Origin: an uncultured Acidobacteriota bacterium
GTDB taxonomy: Bacteria; Acidobacteriota; Thermoanaerobaculia; Multivoradales; UBA5704
Direction of reading: 5' to 3'
NCBI GenBank assembly: GCA_963770895.1
Contig: CAVYRF010000001.1
Location: 704,481 to 768,480 of the forward strand
Length of the DNA stretch: 64,000 bases
The notes under the pieces are model-generated. The model was given only the letters and a program-made list of their open reading frames with translations, was not told the DNA's origin and did not search any database. Of this stretch, positions 46,660 to 54,916 are shown piece after piece. Position numbers and translations under genes: made by a program. How positions within the stretch are numbered: position 1 is the first letter of the stretch; every line of letters begins with the position of its first letter.

Positions 46660-46885
46660 CCTGCAACACGCTCCGCTCACCGCTCGCCTTCACGGCTCGC
46701 GGTTCGCCACCTGCCTCTTGCGGTTCGCCGCTCGCCCTTCACGGCCCGCGGTTCGCCACCCGCCTCTTGCGGTTCGCCGCTCGCCTTCACGGCTCGCGGT
46801 TCGCCACCCGCCGGTTGCGGTTCGCCGTTGCCGCGGCTCGCGGTTCGCCACCCGCCGGCGGCCTTCGACTGGCGGCCTGAGAGGG
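46660..46885. repeat. Intergenic tandem repeat array (about 48-bp units containing ggctcgcggttcgccacc and cttgcggttcgccgctcgcc) between convergent operons
   Basis: caccgctcgccttcacggctcgcggttcgccacctgcctcttgcggttcgccgctcgcccttcacggcccgcggttcgccacccgcctcttgcggttcgccgctcgccttcacggctcgcggttcgccacccgccggttgcggttcgccg.... About four copies are visible. It is followed by a GC-rich palindromic segment. Confidence 0.75.
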
Positions 46886-46895
46886 CGCCGGCGGA

Positions 46896-48320
46896 TCAGG
46901 ACAGGCGTTGTGCCGGGCGCAGGAAGTTGGCGACCTGCTTTTCGATCGGGGCGGCGTAAAAGTCGCGGTCGCAGCGCCAGCGGGCCAGCGCGCGCAGCGG
47001 CCGGCTCCAGGGTCGGCCGGAATCCCAGGCCAGCTGCTGGAAGAATTTGAAGCGCTCGATCAGCCGGTACTTTTCGGGCGACACCCACGGACCGATCGAG
47101 CCCACGAAGTCAAATTCGCTCCATTCGTCCAGCGTGCAGGGGAGGGTGAAGCCGGCGGCCACCGCGTTCTGGGTGATCGAGGTGCCGGGATAGGGTTTGA
47201 AATAGAAAATCGGCGTCTGGAAGTCGGGGCTCATGGCGCGCAGCCGCTTGACCACCTGCAGGGTGGCGCGCACGTTGTCCTCGGTCTCTTCCGGGAAGCC
47301 GACGATGAAGGGGAAGTTGACCGCCACGCCGAACTTGCGACAGCGCTCGGCGACAAAAAAGACCTGCTCCAGCTTGATGTCTTTTTTGATGCGATCCATC
47401 ATTTCCTGCGAGCCCGATTCGACGCCGACCAGCAGGCGGCGCAGCCCCGAGCGCTTGCACTTGGCGAAGACCTCTTCGCTCATGCGCTGGCCCTGGTCGG
47501 CGCGCATGGTGGCGGCCCAGGTGATGGGGAGCTTGCGGCGGATGAGCTCTTCGGCGACCGCTTCGACGCGCTGGGCGTAGGTGAAAAAGGTTTCGTCCTG
47601 GAAGTTCACGTCGTCGTAGCGCGAGCGGTGCCACAGCGCTTCGAGCTCTTCGCCCATGCGCTCGGGCGACAGGCCGGTCCACTTGCGCTGGTAGACGAAC
47701 GGATCGGCGCAAAAGGCGCAGCGGAAAGCGCACCCCTGCGACGAGATGTAATCCAGCTGGCGCTTGCCCTTGAGGCGATAGTACGGTTCGATGTCGATCA
47801 GGCCGTAGTTGTGGACCGCCAGGGTGTTGACGTCGGCCAGCGGGCGGGCCGTGTTCACCTGCGCGGCGCCGTCCTCGCGGTAGGTGCAACCCTGGCAGCC
47901 GGTCAGTGGCCGCCCTTCAGCCAGGCGCTCGACGATCTCGGCAAAGGTGATTTCCCCCTGGCCTTGCACGGTCACGTCGACGCTCGGTTCCGCCAGGCAT
48001 TCGCGGCCGAACATCGACGGGTGCCAGCCGCCCCAGACGACCGGCAGGTCGGCGCGGCTGGCCTTGGCGGCGCGGCTGGCCGCAACCGCGTCGGCGATCG
48101 GCGCCCCGGTGAGCACCGTGACGCCCAGGCAGAGCGCGCCTTCCAGCTCCGCCACCAGGGCGCGGTGTGCCGCTTCGGGGTTTTTGGCCAACCGGGCGTC
48201 CACGACCACCACCTGGTAGCGCTCGGGATCGAGGTGCGATCCGATGGTGAGCAGCGCCAGCGGCATGGTGTAAAAGACCGCGGTCGGGTTGTACAGCACG
48301 ATTTTGTGGCGGCGACTCAT
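46896..48320 (-). CDS. Cobalamin-binding (class B) radical SAM enzyme
   Basis: 474 aa from an internal Met MSRRHKIVLYNP. The B12-like N-domain reads LPVVWGGWHPSMF. The rSAM cluster is CAFRCAFC. The ATG overlaps the upstream stop (ATGA). Confidence 0.85.
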   Translation of the reverse strand: MSRRHKIVLYNPTAVFYTMPLALLTIGSHLDPERYQVVVVDARLAKNPEAAHRALVAELEGALCLGVTVLTGAPIADAVAASRAAKASRADLPVVWGGWHPSMFGRECLAEPSVDVTVQGQGEITFAEIVERLAEGRPLTGCQGCTYREDGAAQVNTARPLADVNTLAVHNYGLIDIEPYYRLKGKRQLDYISSQGCAFRCAFCADPFVYQRKWTGLSPERMGEELEALWHRSRYDDVNFQDETFFTYAQRVEAVAEELIRRKLPITWAATMRADQGQRMSEEVFAKCKRSGLRRLLVGVESGSQEMMDRIKKDIKLEQVFFVAERCRKFGVAVNFPFIVGFPEETEDNVRATLQVVKRLRAMSPDFQTPIFYFKPYPGTSITQNAVAAGFTLPCTLDEWSEFDFVGSIGPWVSPEKYRLIERFKFFQQLAWDSGRPWSRPLRALARWRCDRDFYAAPIEKQVANFLRPAQRLS

Positions 48321-49399
48321 AAGGGCTCCGGGGTCAATGCCAGCGTGCAGACGCATTTGCGACAGATCGCATCGCGGTCGGTGTCCAGGCCGCGGCGCCA
48401 GGCGAGCGCCTGCGGCGAATTGACGATCGCGTCCAGGCTTGCCGCCTGCCGCAGGTTGCCGAGCGGCGGCTGGAAGAAGCACGGCCGCACCGTGCCGTCG
48501 GCTTCGATCACCGTCGACACCCACGGCGCGTTGCAGCGATGCGGCGGAAAATCGCCGTGGCCGCACAGTGCGGCGTAGTAGTCGTAGAGCCGCGCCCGCA
48601 GCTTCGCCGCGCCCTCGACGATGAAGCCGGATGCGAAGTCGGCCGCGTGCTCGCGTTCCAGGGCGTCCAGCTCGCCGGCCAGCCGCGGCAGCTCCTCTTC
48701 GAGCAGCGCCACCTGGCCGGCGCGCGCCGCTTCCCAGGGCTGCGGCCGGTTGAAGGCGTCGCTGCTGACGTCGGCGGCCAGCAGGCTCAACCAGTTCAGG
48801 CCGATCGCGCGGGCCGCCGTGACGGTGCCGCGCAGGTGGGCGAAGTTGGCCCGCTGGACGGTGCAGCGCCCGCCGATCGTCAGCTGAGGCGCGGCTTGGC
48901 GCACCGCCGCCACCCCGTCGGCCAGCTTGGCGAAAGCGCGCGGCAGGTTGCGGATGTGATCGTGCACGGGCTGCGGCCCGTCCAGGCTGACGATCACTTC
49001 GGAGCAGTAGGCGGCGACCTGGGTCGCGTCGCGCCGCAGCAGCAGACCGGTGGACAGCAGGGTGATCGCGATGCCGGCGCGCCGCAGGTGCTCGCACATC
49101 TCCCACAGGTTGCGGTGCAGCAGCGCTTCGCCGCCCGACAGCGCGACCTGGCGCACCCCCATGCGCTGCCATTCGGCAACCCACTGTGCCACCTCGGCCG
49201 CGCCCAGCTCCTGCTTGCCCGGATCGCGCCAGATGTCGCACATCAGGCAGCGGCAGTTGCAGCGGCTGTGCGGGAACAGGATGACGATCGGCAGCCGCTC
49301 GACCGGTTGGGGCCGCGGCAACCCGTCGGCCGCCCCGCCGCTCCACGCGTTGGCCGGCAGCTCGGCGGCCGGCAGCACCGGAAGCACGGTCGAGCTCAC
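48317..49399 (-). CDS. Radical SAM enzyme with C-terminal SPASM/twitch-type auxiliary Fe-S domain
   Basis: GTG start overlapping the upstream stop (GTGA); 360 aa. The N-proximal rSAM cluster reads ILFPHSRCNCRCLMCDIW. The C-terminal Cys-rich region (GDFPPHRCNAPWVSTVIEADGTVRPCFF...CRKCVC) is typical of SPASM domains. Confidence 0.8.
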   Translation of the reverse strand: MSSTVLPVLPAAELPANAWSGGAADGLPRPQPVERLPIVILFPHSRCNCRCLMCDIWRDPGKQELGAAEVAQWVAEWQRMGVRQVALSGGEALLHRNLWEMCEHLRRAGIAITLLSTGLLLRRDATQVAAYCSEVIVSLDGPQPVHDHIRNLPRAFAKLADGVAAVRQAAPQLTIGGRCTVQRANFAHLRGTVTAARAIGLNWLSLLAADVSSDAFNRPQPWEAARAGQVALLEEELPRLAGELDALEREHAADFASGFIVEGAAKLRARLYDYYAALCGHGDFPPHRCNAPWVSTVIEADGTVRPCFFQPPLGNLRQAASLDAIVNSPQALAWRRGLDTDRDAICRKCVCTLALTPEPL

Positions 49400-50385
49400 C
49401 GCCGCTCCAACTCCAGCAGGTAATGGTCGGCCAGCCAGGGCAGCGGCGGCCAGGTTTCGGCACGCCGCTCCCAGCGCCCGAGCAGACGCAGCAGGCGCGG
49501 GTGGCGCGCCGCCCAGCCTTCGGCGTAGGTGGGCGGCAGCAGCGCGCCGACCGCCGCGCGCCGGCGCAGGCGGAAGGCGGGACCGAACAGGCGCCGCAGC
49601 GCGCCGACCGACGGATAGCGGATGGTCAGGCCGCGCCAGCGCGTGCCGCCCGGCCGCAGCCGGCGAAAGGCGCGCCCCGGCTGCGCGTGGCCCAGGTACC
49701 AGGCCCACTCCCACGGCACCAGCGGGCCCATCACGCAAACGACCGCCATGGCGCCCGGCCGCAGGTTTGCCGCCAGCCAGCCCGCCAGCTGCCGCAGGTC
49801 GGCTGGCGCCACGCAGTTGAGGCCGCCGAAGTTGGACAGCACCCCGTCGAACGGCCGCGGCGCCGCCGGTGTGGCGCCGGCAGCAGGTGCGGCAGCGGGT
49901 ACAGGCGCGGTGGCGAGTACAGACGCGACCGCGGGCATAGGCGCAGCGGCGGGTACAGACGCGGGCGCGGGTGCCGGGTCCGCCGGCGGTGATTGCTGGG
50001 GGTGCCAGGGTTGCCGGGGCTGCCGGGTCAGCTGTTCGATGGTCTGGTGGCGCAGATCGACCCGATCGCCCAGGCCGGCGCTCGCGATCTTGTCGCCGGC
50101 GCGTTCCAGCATGCCGGCGGCGGCGTCGATGGCGGTGACGCGCACGCCGCGGCGAGCCAGGTACAGGGCGTCTTCGCCGGTGCCGCAGTTGAGCTCCAGC
50201 ACGTGGCTGCCGGGGGCGAAGCAGGCGTCCAGCCGCCGCCAGACCGCCTGGCGCATCTGCGTGCCGATGGCGCTGCCGGTGAAGCTGGCGTCGTAGGACG
50301 CGGCCATGCGGTCGAACGCGGTGGCACCCGTGGCGTCGCCATCGCGGCGCGCCGGCAGCACGGGGAGGACGGCCGGTTCGGTCAT
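49396..50385 (-). CDS. Class I SAM-dependent methyltransferase
   Basis: Motif I is VLELNCGTGEDALYLARRGVRVTAIDAAAGML. A low-complexity Pro/Ala insert is present. The ATG at 50385 lies 1 codon after the upstream stop. An alternative GTG at 50391 overlaps that stop (GTGA). Confidence 0.75.
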   Translation of the reverse strand: MTEPAVLPVLPARRDGDATGATAFDRMAASYDASFTGSAIGTQMRQAVWRRLDACFAPGSHVLELNCGTGEDALYLARRGVRVTAIDAAAGMLERAGDKIASAGLGDRVDLRHQTIEQLTRQPRQPWHPQQSPPADPAPAPASVPAAAPMPAVASVLATAPVPAAAPAAGATPAAPRPFDGVLSNFGGLNCVAPADLRQLAGWLAANLRPGAMAVVCVMGPLVPWEWAWYLGHAQPGRAFRRLRPGGTRWRGLTIRYPSVGALRRLFGPAFRLRRRAAVGALLPPTYAEGWAARHPRLLRLLGRWERRAETWPPLPWLADHYLLELERR

Positions 50386-50387
50386 CG

Positions 50388-51785
50388 TCACGGCGCCGCC
50401 GGCGACTCCTCGGGCCAGGAGAGCAGCGCCTGGTGCGCCGCTTCCGCCATCTGCAGCTTTTCGGCGGCGTCCGCCGGGTTGTCGGACTGCAGGCGGGCGG
50501 CGGCGACGCTGTTGCGCAGCCACCGGTCGGCCTGTTCGTAGTAGGCGCGCGAGCGCTGGCCGCGCAGCCGGTAGTCGCGGTCGGTGGCGGTATCCCAGCT
50601 CTTGTCGAGCTGCACGCGGTCGGCCACCTGGCGGAAGTAGGCGGTGTTCTTGATCGGGTAGGCGACGGTGGTGAAGAAGATGTTGGGGTTGGCCTTTTTG
50701 ACGTGCTCGACGGTGGCTTCGATGTCGGCCAGCGTTTCGCCCTGGTAGCCCCACATCAGGAACATGCCGACTTCGATGCCGTGGCGCTGGGCGGCGTGGG
50801 TCGCCCACTGCACCTGCTCGGCGGTGACGCCCCGATCCATGGCGTCCAGGATGCGCTGGCTGCCGCTTTCAGAGCCGATCCAGATGCGGTAGCAGCCCAT
50901 TTCGGCGAGCGTCGCGATCACTTCGTCCTTGAGCAGCCGATCGGCGCGCGAAATGGTTTCGAAAGGGCGCACCAAGCCGCGCTTCTTGAGCAGGCCGGCG
51001 AACTCGAAGAGCCAGCGGTGGTGGATGGTGAACACGTCGTCGGCGTACCACAGCTGTTCGGGCTGGTAGGCTTCGACGATGTGCGCCACTTCGTCGGCGC
51101 AGTCGAGCGCGCTGCGCCGGCGATGGGTGTAGCCGAACACGGCGTGCGAGCACCATTTGCAGCGATACGGGCAGCCGCGCGCGGTGATCAGGTTGACGCT
51201 GCCCATGCCGTGGTGGGTGTGCCAAACGTCGACGTAGCGGGCGATGTCGATCTGCTCGCGATCGGGCCAGGGGAGGCTGTCCAGGTCGGCGATCTGTTCG
51301 CGGTCCGGATTGGTGACGACCTCCCCTTCTTCGTCGCGGAAGACCGTGCCGTGCAGGCCGTGCAGACGGTGCGGACCGCGCAGGGCGAGCGCCGGCAGCA
51401 GTTCCGCGAGCGTCGCTTCGCCTTCGCCCACCACCACGACGTCGGCGCCGTGGGCCAGGTATTCGGCCGGGTAGTTGGCCGATTCGGGGCCGCCGAGCAC
51501 CACCGTCCAGCCGTGCTGCCGCGCGGCGGCGATGATGGCGAGGATCGACGCGCGGGTCATCAGGTTGGTGTAGATCCCCACCACGCCGCCGGGAGTGGCG
51601 GCAAGGCGCTGGCGCAGCGCGGCGCGCTCGGCGAACGTGGAATCGAAGATCTCGACGCTGAAACCGGCGCGACGCAGATACGAAGAGATGTAGAGCAGCC
51701 CCAGCGTCGGGTAGGGCTTCATGATCTGCAGCTCTTTGGGATCTTCGTGCAGGAAGTAGCCGTGGGTCAGCAGGATGTCGGCCAT
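50388..51785 (-). CDS. Cobalamin-binding (class B) radical SAM enzyme, tandem paralog
   Basis: 465 aa. The N-terminus is MADILLTHGYFLHEDPKELQIMKPYPTLGLLYISSYLRRAGFSVEIFD. The rSAM cluster is CPYRCKWCSH. Confidence 0.85.
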   Translation of the reverse strand: MADILLTHGYFLHEDPKELQIMKPYPTLGLLYISSYLRRAGFSVEIFDSTFAERAALRQRLAATPGGVVGIYTNLMTRASILAIIAAARQHGWTVVLGGPESANYPAEYLAHGADVVVVGEGEATLAELLPALALRGPHRLHGLHGTVFRDEEGEVVTNPDREQIADLDSLPWPDREQIDIARYVDVWHTHHGMGSVNLITARGCPYRCKWCSHAVFGYTHRRRSALDCADEVAHIVEAYQPEQLWYADDVFTIHHRWLFEFAGLLKKRGLVRPFETISRADRLLKDEVIATLAEMGCYRIWIGSESGSQRILDAMDRGVTAEQVQWATHAAQRHGIEVGMFLMWGYQGETLADIEATVEHVKKANPNIFFTTVAYPIKNTAYFRQVADRVQLDKSWDTATDRDYRLRGQRSRAYYEQADRWLRNSVAAARLQSDNPADAAEKLQMAEAAHQALLSWPEESPAAP

Positions 51786-51786
51786 A

Positions 51787-53367
51787 TCAGTTCCAGCTCT
51801 TGCTCAGGTCGGGCATCGCCGGCGTCGTGTAATCTTTTCGAATCGCCGTCGGCCGTTCGCTGCGGCTGCACGCTTCAAGCCGCCCCAGCTCCAGCCAGGC
51901 GCTGCACAGCTGATCCAGCTCCTGCCGGATCTCCGCATCGGACGCGCCGTCTACAGCCGCAGGCGCGCCGGCGGCGGCGTTTGCAGGCAGGGCGGGCGGG
52001 GCAGGGGCAGCGCCCCGGGACCTGTCGCGCAGGCGCTGGCGGACCAGCAGATCGCGGTGCAGCAGGCGATGCAGGTGGCGATAGAAAGGCGTCTGATAGG
52101 TGCCCTGAAACATCATCGCCAGGTCGTTGCTGTCCTGCCAATGATCCTGCCCGTTGAGCTGGGCCTTGACCATCTCATGGAAGCGCGTGCCGGGCAGCGG
52201 GTAGCTGACGCTGATGCCGATCTCGTCGGGCAGCGTGTCGCGCACCAGCTGCACCGTCTGCTCGATGTCTTCAAAGGTTTCACCGGCGTAGCCGAACTGC
52301 AGGAAATAGCAGGCGCGGATGCCGGCGTCGCGCAGACGCTCGCGCACCACCGGGATCTGGCGCGCGTCGGTGCCCTTGTCCATGGCGTCCAGGATCTTCT
52401 GGCTGCCGCTTTCGACCCCCAGCCAGACCTCGTGGCAGCCGGCCTTGGCCAGGCCGGCCACGGCTTTTTCCGTCATGAGGTCGATGCGCGACTGGATCTT
52501 GAACGGGATCGAGCCGTCGAGCGCCGTCACCCGGTCGGCAAATTCGGCGACCCAGCGCGGCTGCAGGCCGAAGATGTCGTCGGCAAACCAGATCAGGTCG
52601 GGCTTCAGGCTGCGCTTCAGCAGCGCCATCTCTTCGGCCACGCTGGCCGGCGAGCGCATGGCGTAGCGCTGCCCCCAGATCGGTTTTGCGCACCAGTTGC
52701 AGTGGAAGGGGCAGCCGCGGGTGCTCACCATGTTGAGGCTGAAGTAGCCGTGGGCGCCGCGCCAGGCATTGCGGTAGCGTTCCACGTCGAGCAGGTCCCA
52801 GGCCGGCAGCGGAAAGACGTCGGGGTGGCGCTCGACGGCGCGCGAGCAGGTGCGCTGCACCCCGTCCGGCGCCGCCGGATCGGGGATCGCGAGGCCGGCC
52901 ACTTCGTTCACGCACCGGCCGTTGGCGCGGCCGGCAAGGATGTCGACCAGCTCGCCCAGGGTGTGATCGGCTTCGCCGGCCAGCACGTATTGCACGCCCT
53001 CGCGGAAGTACACCTCGGGATGATCGGACGCGTCGGAGCCGGCGGCGATCACCGTGGCGCCGGCGGCGCGCGCGTGCCGGCTCATGTTGCAGCCGGCGCG
53101 GCGGCTGTGCGCCAGACACATCTTATTGAGAAAGTTGAATTGATCTTCGTAAAGGGCGACGATAGCCGGTTGCGTTTCGGCCAGGAGCCGTTCGAACTCC
53201 TCTTCGCCATCGGCCAGCATGGCGTCGAACAGCGCCACCGAATAGCCGCGCCGCCGCAGTTCGCTGGCCGCGTACAGCGTGCCGAGCGGCGCGTAGGGCG
53301 ACATCTTTTCGATCTGCTTCGGATCATTCTTCAGAAAGAACGAATGGGCGAGGAGGATGTCGGTCAT
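51787..53367 (-). CDS. Cobalamin-binding (class B) radical SAM enzyme, tandem paralog
   Basis: 526 aa. The N-terminus MTDILLAHSFFLKNDPKQIEKMSPYAPLGTLYAASELRRRGYSVALFD is paralogous to the neighbouring gene. The rSAM cluster is CPFHCNWC. It is the first gene of the minus-strand operon. Confidence 0.85.
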   Translation of the reverse strand: MTDILLAHSFFLKNDPKQIEKMSPYAPLGTLYAASELRRRGYSVALFDAMLADGEEEFERLLAETQPAIVALYEDQFNFLNKMCLAHSRRAGCNMSRHARAAGATVIAAGSDASDHPEVYFREGVQYVLAGEADHTLGELVDILAGRANGRCVNEVAGLAIPDPAAPDGVQRTCSRAVERHPDVFPLPAWDLLDVERYRNAWRGAHGYFSLNMVSTRGCPFHCNWCAKPIWGQRYAMRSPASVAEEMALLKRSLKPDLIWFADDIFGLQPRWVAEFADRVTALDGSIPFKIQSRIDLMTEKAVAGLAKAGCHEVWLGVESGSQKILDAMDKGTDARQIPVVRERLRDAGIRACYFLQFGYAGETFEDIEQTVQLVRDTLPDEIGISVSYPLPGTRFHEMVKAQLNGQDHWQDSNDLAMMFQGTYQTPFYRHLHRLLHRDLLVRQRLRDRSRGAAPAPPALPANAAAGAPAAVDGASDAEIRQELDQLCSAWLELGRLEACSRSERPTAIRKDYTTPAMPDLSKSWN

Positions 53368-53469
53368 TCGATCCCCTACTCAAGGCCGCTGGCGATGGCG
53401 AGCGGCGGCAATGCTCAACTTTCGATCGTTGGCGGCGCGCCCGAGCCGACGAACTGATCTCCTAAGACC

Positions 53470-53520
53470 TCGTGAGAATACTTCTATCCTGCACGGTCGT
53501 CAACGCCAAAGTCAATGTCG
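53470..53520 (-). promoter_or_regulatory. Candidate sigma-70-type promoter for the minus-strand rSAM operon (TTGACG, 16-nt spacer, TATTCT, read on the minus strand)
   Basis: A locally AT-richer patch sits in the 286-bp intergenic region. The −35 element is the complement of 53498-53503 and the −10 element is the complement of 53476-53481. A 34-35-bp two-copy direct repeat (gggccgcgcgccgccag(a/g)cggccagcccg) lies at 53540-53608 just upstream. Confidence 0.3.
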
Positions 53521-53653
53521 GCACCGCGCGCGCCAGATCGGGGCCGCGCGCCGCCAGACGGCCAGCCCGATCCGGGCCGCGCGCCGCCAGGCGGCCAGCC
53601 CGCATGCCGCCTGGCGAGAGGTGCCGGAGAGACAGCGGGGAACCGGCCTTCCT

Positions 53654-54916
53654 TCAGGGTGAAGGCGGCGTGCCGGCGGCGGCGCTCAGCGGCAGAAAGC
53701 GCGGCTCCGACACGACGCCCTTGTCGACGTTGCGCAGCACCAGCCCGGAGCCGCCGGCGGTGGCGGCACAGCCGGACAGCAAGACCCAGCTGTCCGCGGC
53801 CGGCACCAGCACCTGCGTCACCGGCAGGCGCTCGCCGTTTTTCGACACCACGTCGGCAGGCGCCTGGGCGACCTGCGCCCACGCGCCGTGCGGGTTCAGG
53901 CGTGTCAACACCACCTGTTCGGCGGCCGGCGAGCGGCGGTCGTACCACACCATCTGCAGGGCCCCGCGGCGATCGGCAAGCGGCAGGTCGATGCCGTACT
54001 CGGTGCCCTGCCGCCACATGCCGGTGGTGTCGCCGCCGCCCCACGGCGTCCAGGCGGAGCGCCGCCAGCTCTTGCCCAGGTCGGACGACAGGTAAGCCAC
54101 GCCGTCGGCCGAGATGTACGCGGCGTCGTTGCCGCCCAGGGCCAGGATCTGGCCGCGCCGGTCTGCTGTCACGCCCGGCAGCCCCTTGACCCAGGTTTCG
54201 GGCGGCGCGCCGGCGCTGAACAGGCCGGTGCCCGAGACCACGCCGTCCGCCTGCTGCGGCGCCGGCGTCACCTGCGGCTGGCCGACCGCCGTCACCTCCA
54301 GGCCGCCGTGCGATTTCCACTCGCGCCCTTCCAGGCGGTAGGCCCACGCCTGGTAGAGGCCCGGCTTGGTGCCCGCGGCATGCGCCATCAGCCACGGGGC
54401 GCCGCCCTCGTCATAGGTGCCGGCCAGGGTGGCCCCCGCCGGCAGGGTCACCGCTTCGCCGAGCGGCTGCCAGCCGCCGTGGTCCCAGCGCACCGGCTGC
54501 ACGCATTGCGCGCCGCAGGGCTCGACCGCGACCACCGGCCCCGGCCCGATCGAGCCGCCGTAGCGGCCGGAGGGGCGCTCGGGAAACGCTCGCGCTTCGT
54601 GCCCGCTGCCGTCCAGCTGCACCGTCCAGCCGCCGCTGCCGCCGCTGTCGCCGTTGTCGTCGGTCAGCGAGAACAGCATCAGGCCCGAGCGGGTGTCCAT
54701 GCCGATCAGCGTCAACGCCGACGCGGCGTCGCACGCCGGTCCGCCGCCCGCGGCATTGCCGGCGCGCCCTTGCACACGCTCGGGGGGCGGCGCCGCTGCC
54801 AGGCGGGGCGCGCCGGCCAGCAGCGCGGTCATCGCGACGATCAGCAGCGCCGCCGGGGCAGTGGTGAAGAGCGCCGCGGTAGCGGCGGGGCGTGAGATCG
54901 CGGCGCTTCGTTTCAT
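53654..54916 (-). CDS. Secreted BNR/Asp-box repeat protein (sialidase/glycosyl-hydrolase-like beta-propeller)
   Basis: 420 aa from an internal Met MKRSAAISRPAATAALFTTAPAALLIVAMTALLAGAPRLAAA (signal peptide). An Asp-box is present (YLSSDLGKSW). The ATG overlaps the upstream stop (ATGA). Confidence 0.7.
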   Translation of the reverse strand: MKRSAAISRPAATAALFTTAPAALLIVAMTALLAGAPRLAAAPPPERVQGRAGNAAGGGPACDAASALTLIGMDTRSGLMLFSLTDDNGDSGGSGGWTVQLDGSGHEARAFPERPSGRYGGSIGPGPVVAVEPCGAQCVQPVRWDHGGWQPLGEAVTLPAGATLAGTYDEGGAPWLMAHAAGTKPGLYQAWAYRLEGREWKSHGGLEVTAVGQPQVTPAPQQADGVVSGTGLFSAGAPPETWVKGLPGVTADRRGQILALGGNDAAYISADGVAYLSSDLGKSWRRSAWTPWGGGDTTGMWRQGTEYGIDLPLADRRGALQMVWYDRRSPAAEQVVLTRLNPHGAWAQVAQAPADVVSKNGERLPVTQVLVPAADSWVLLSGCAATAGGSGLVLRNVDKGVVSEPRFLPLSAAAGTPPSP

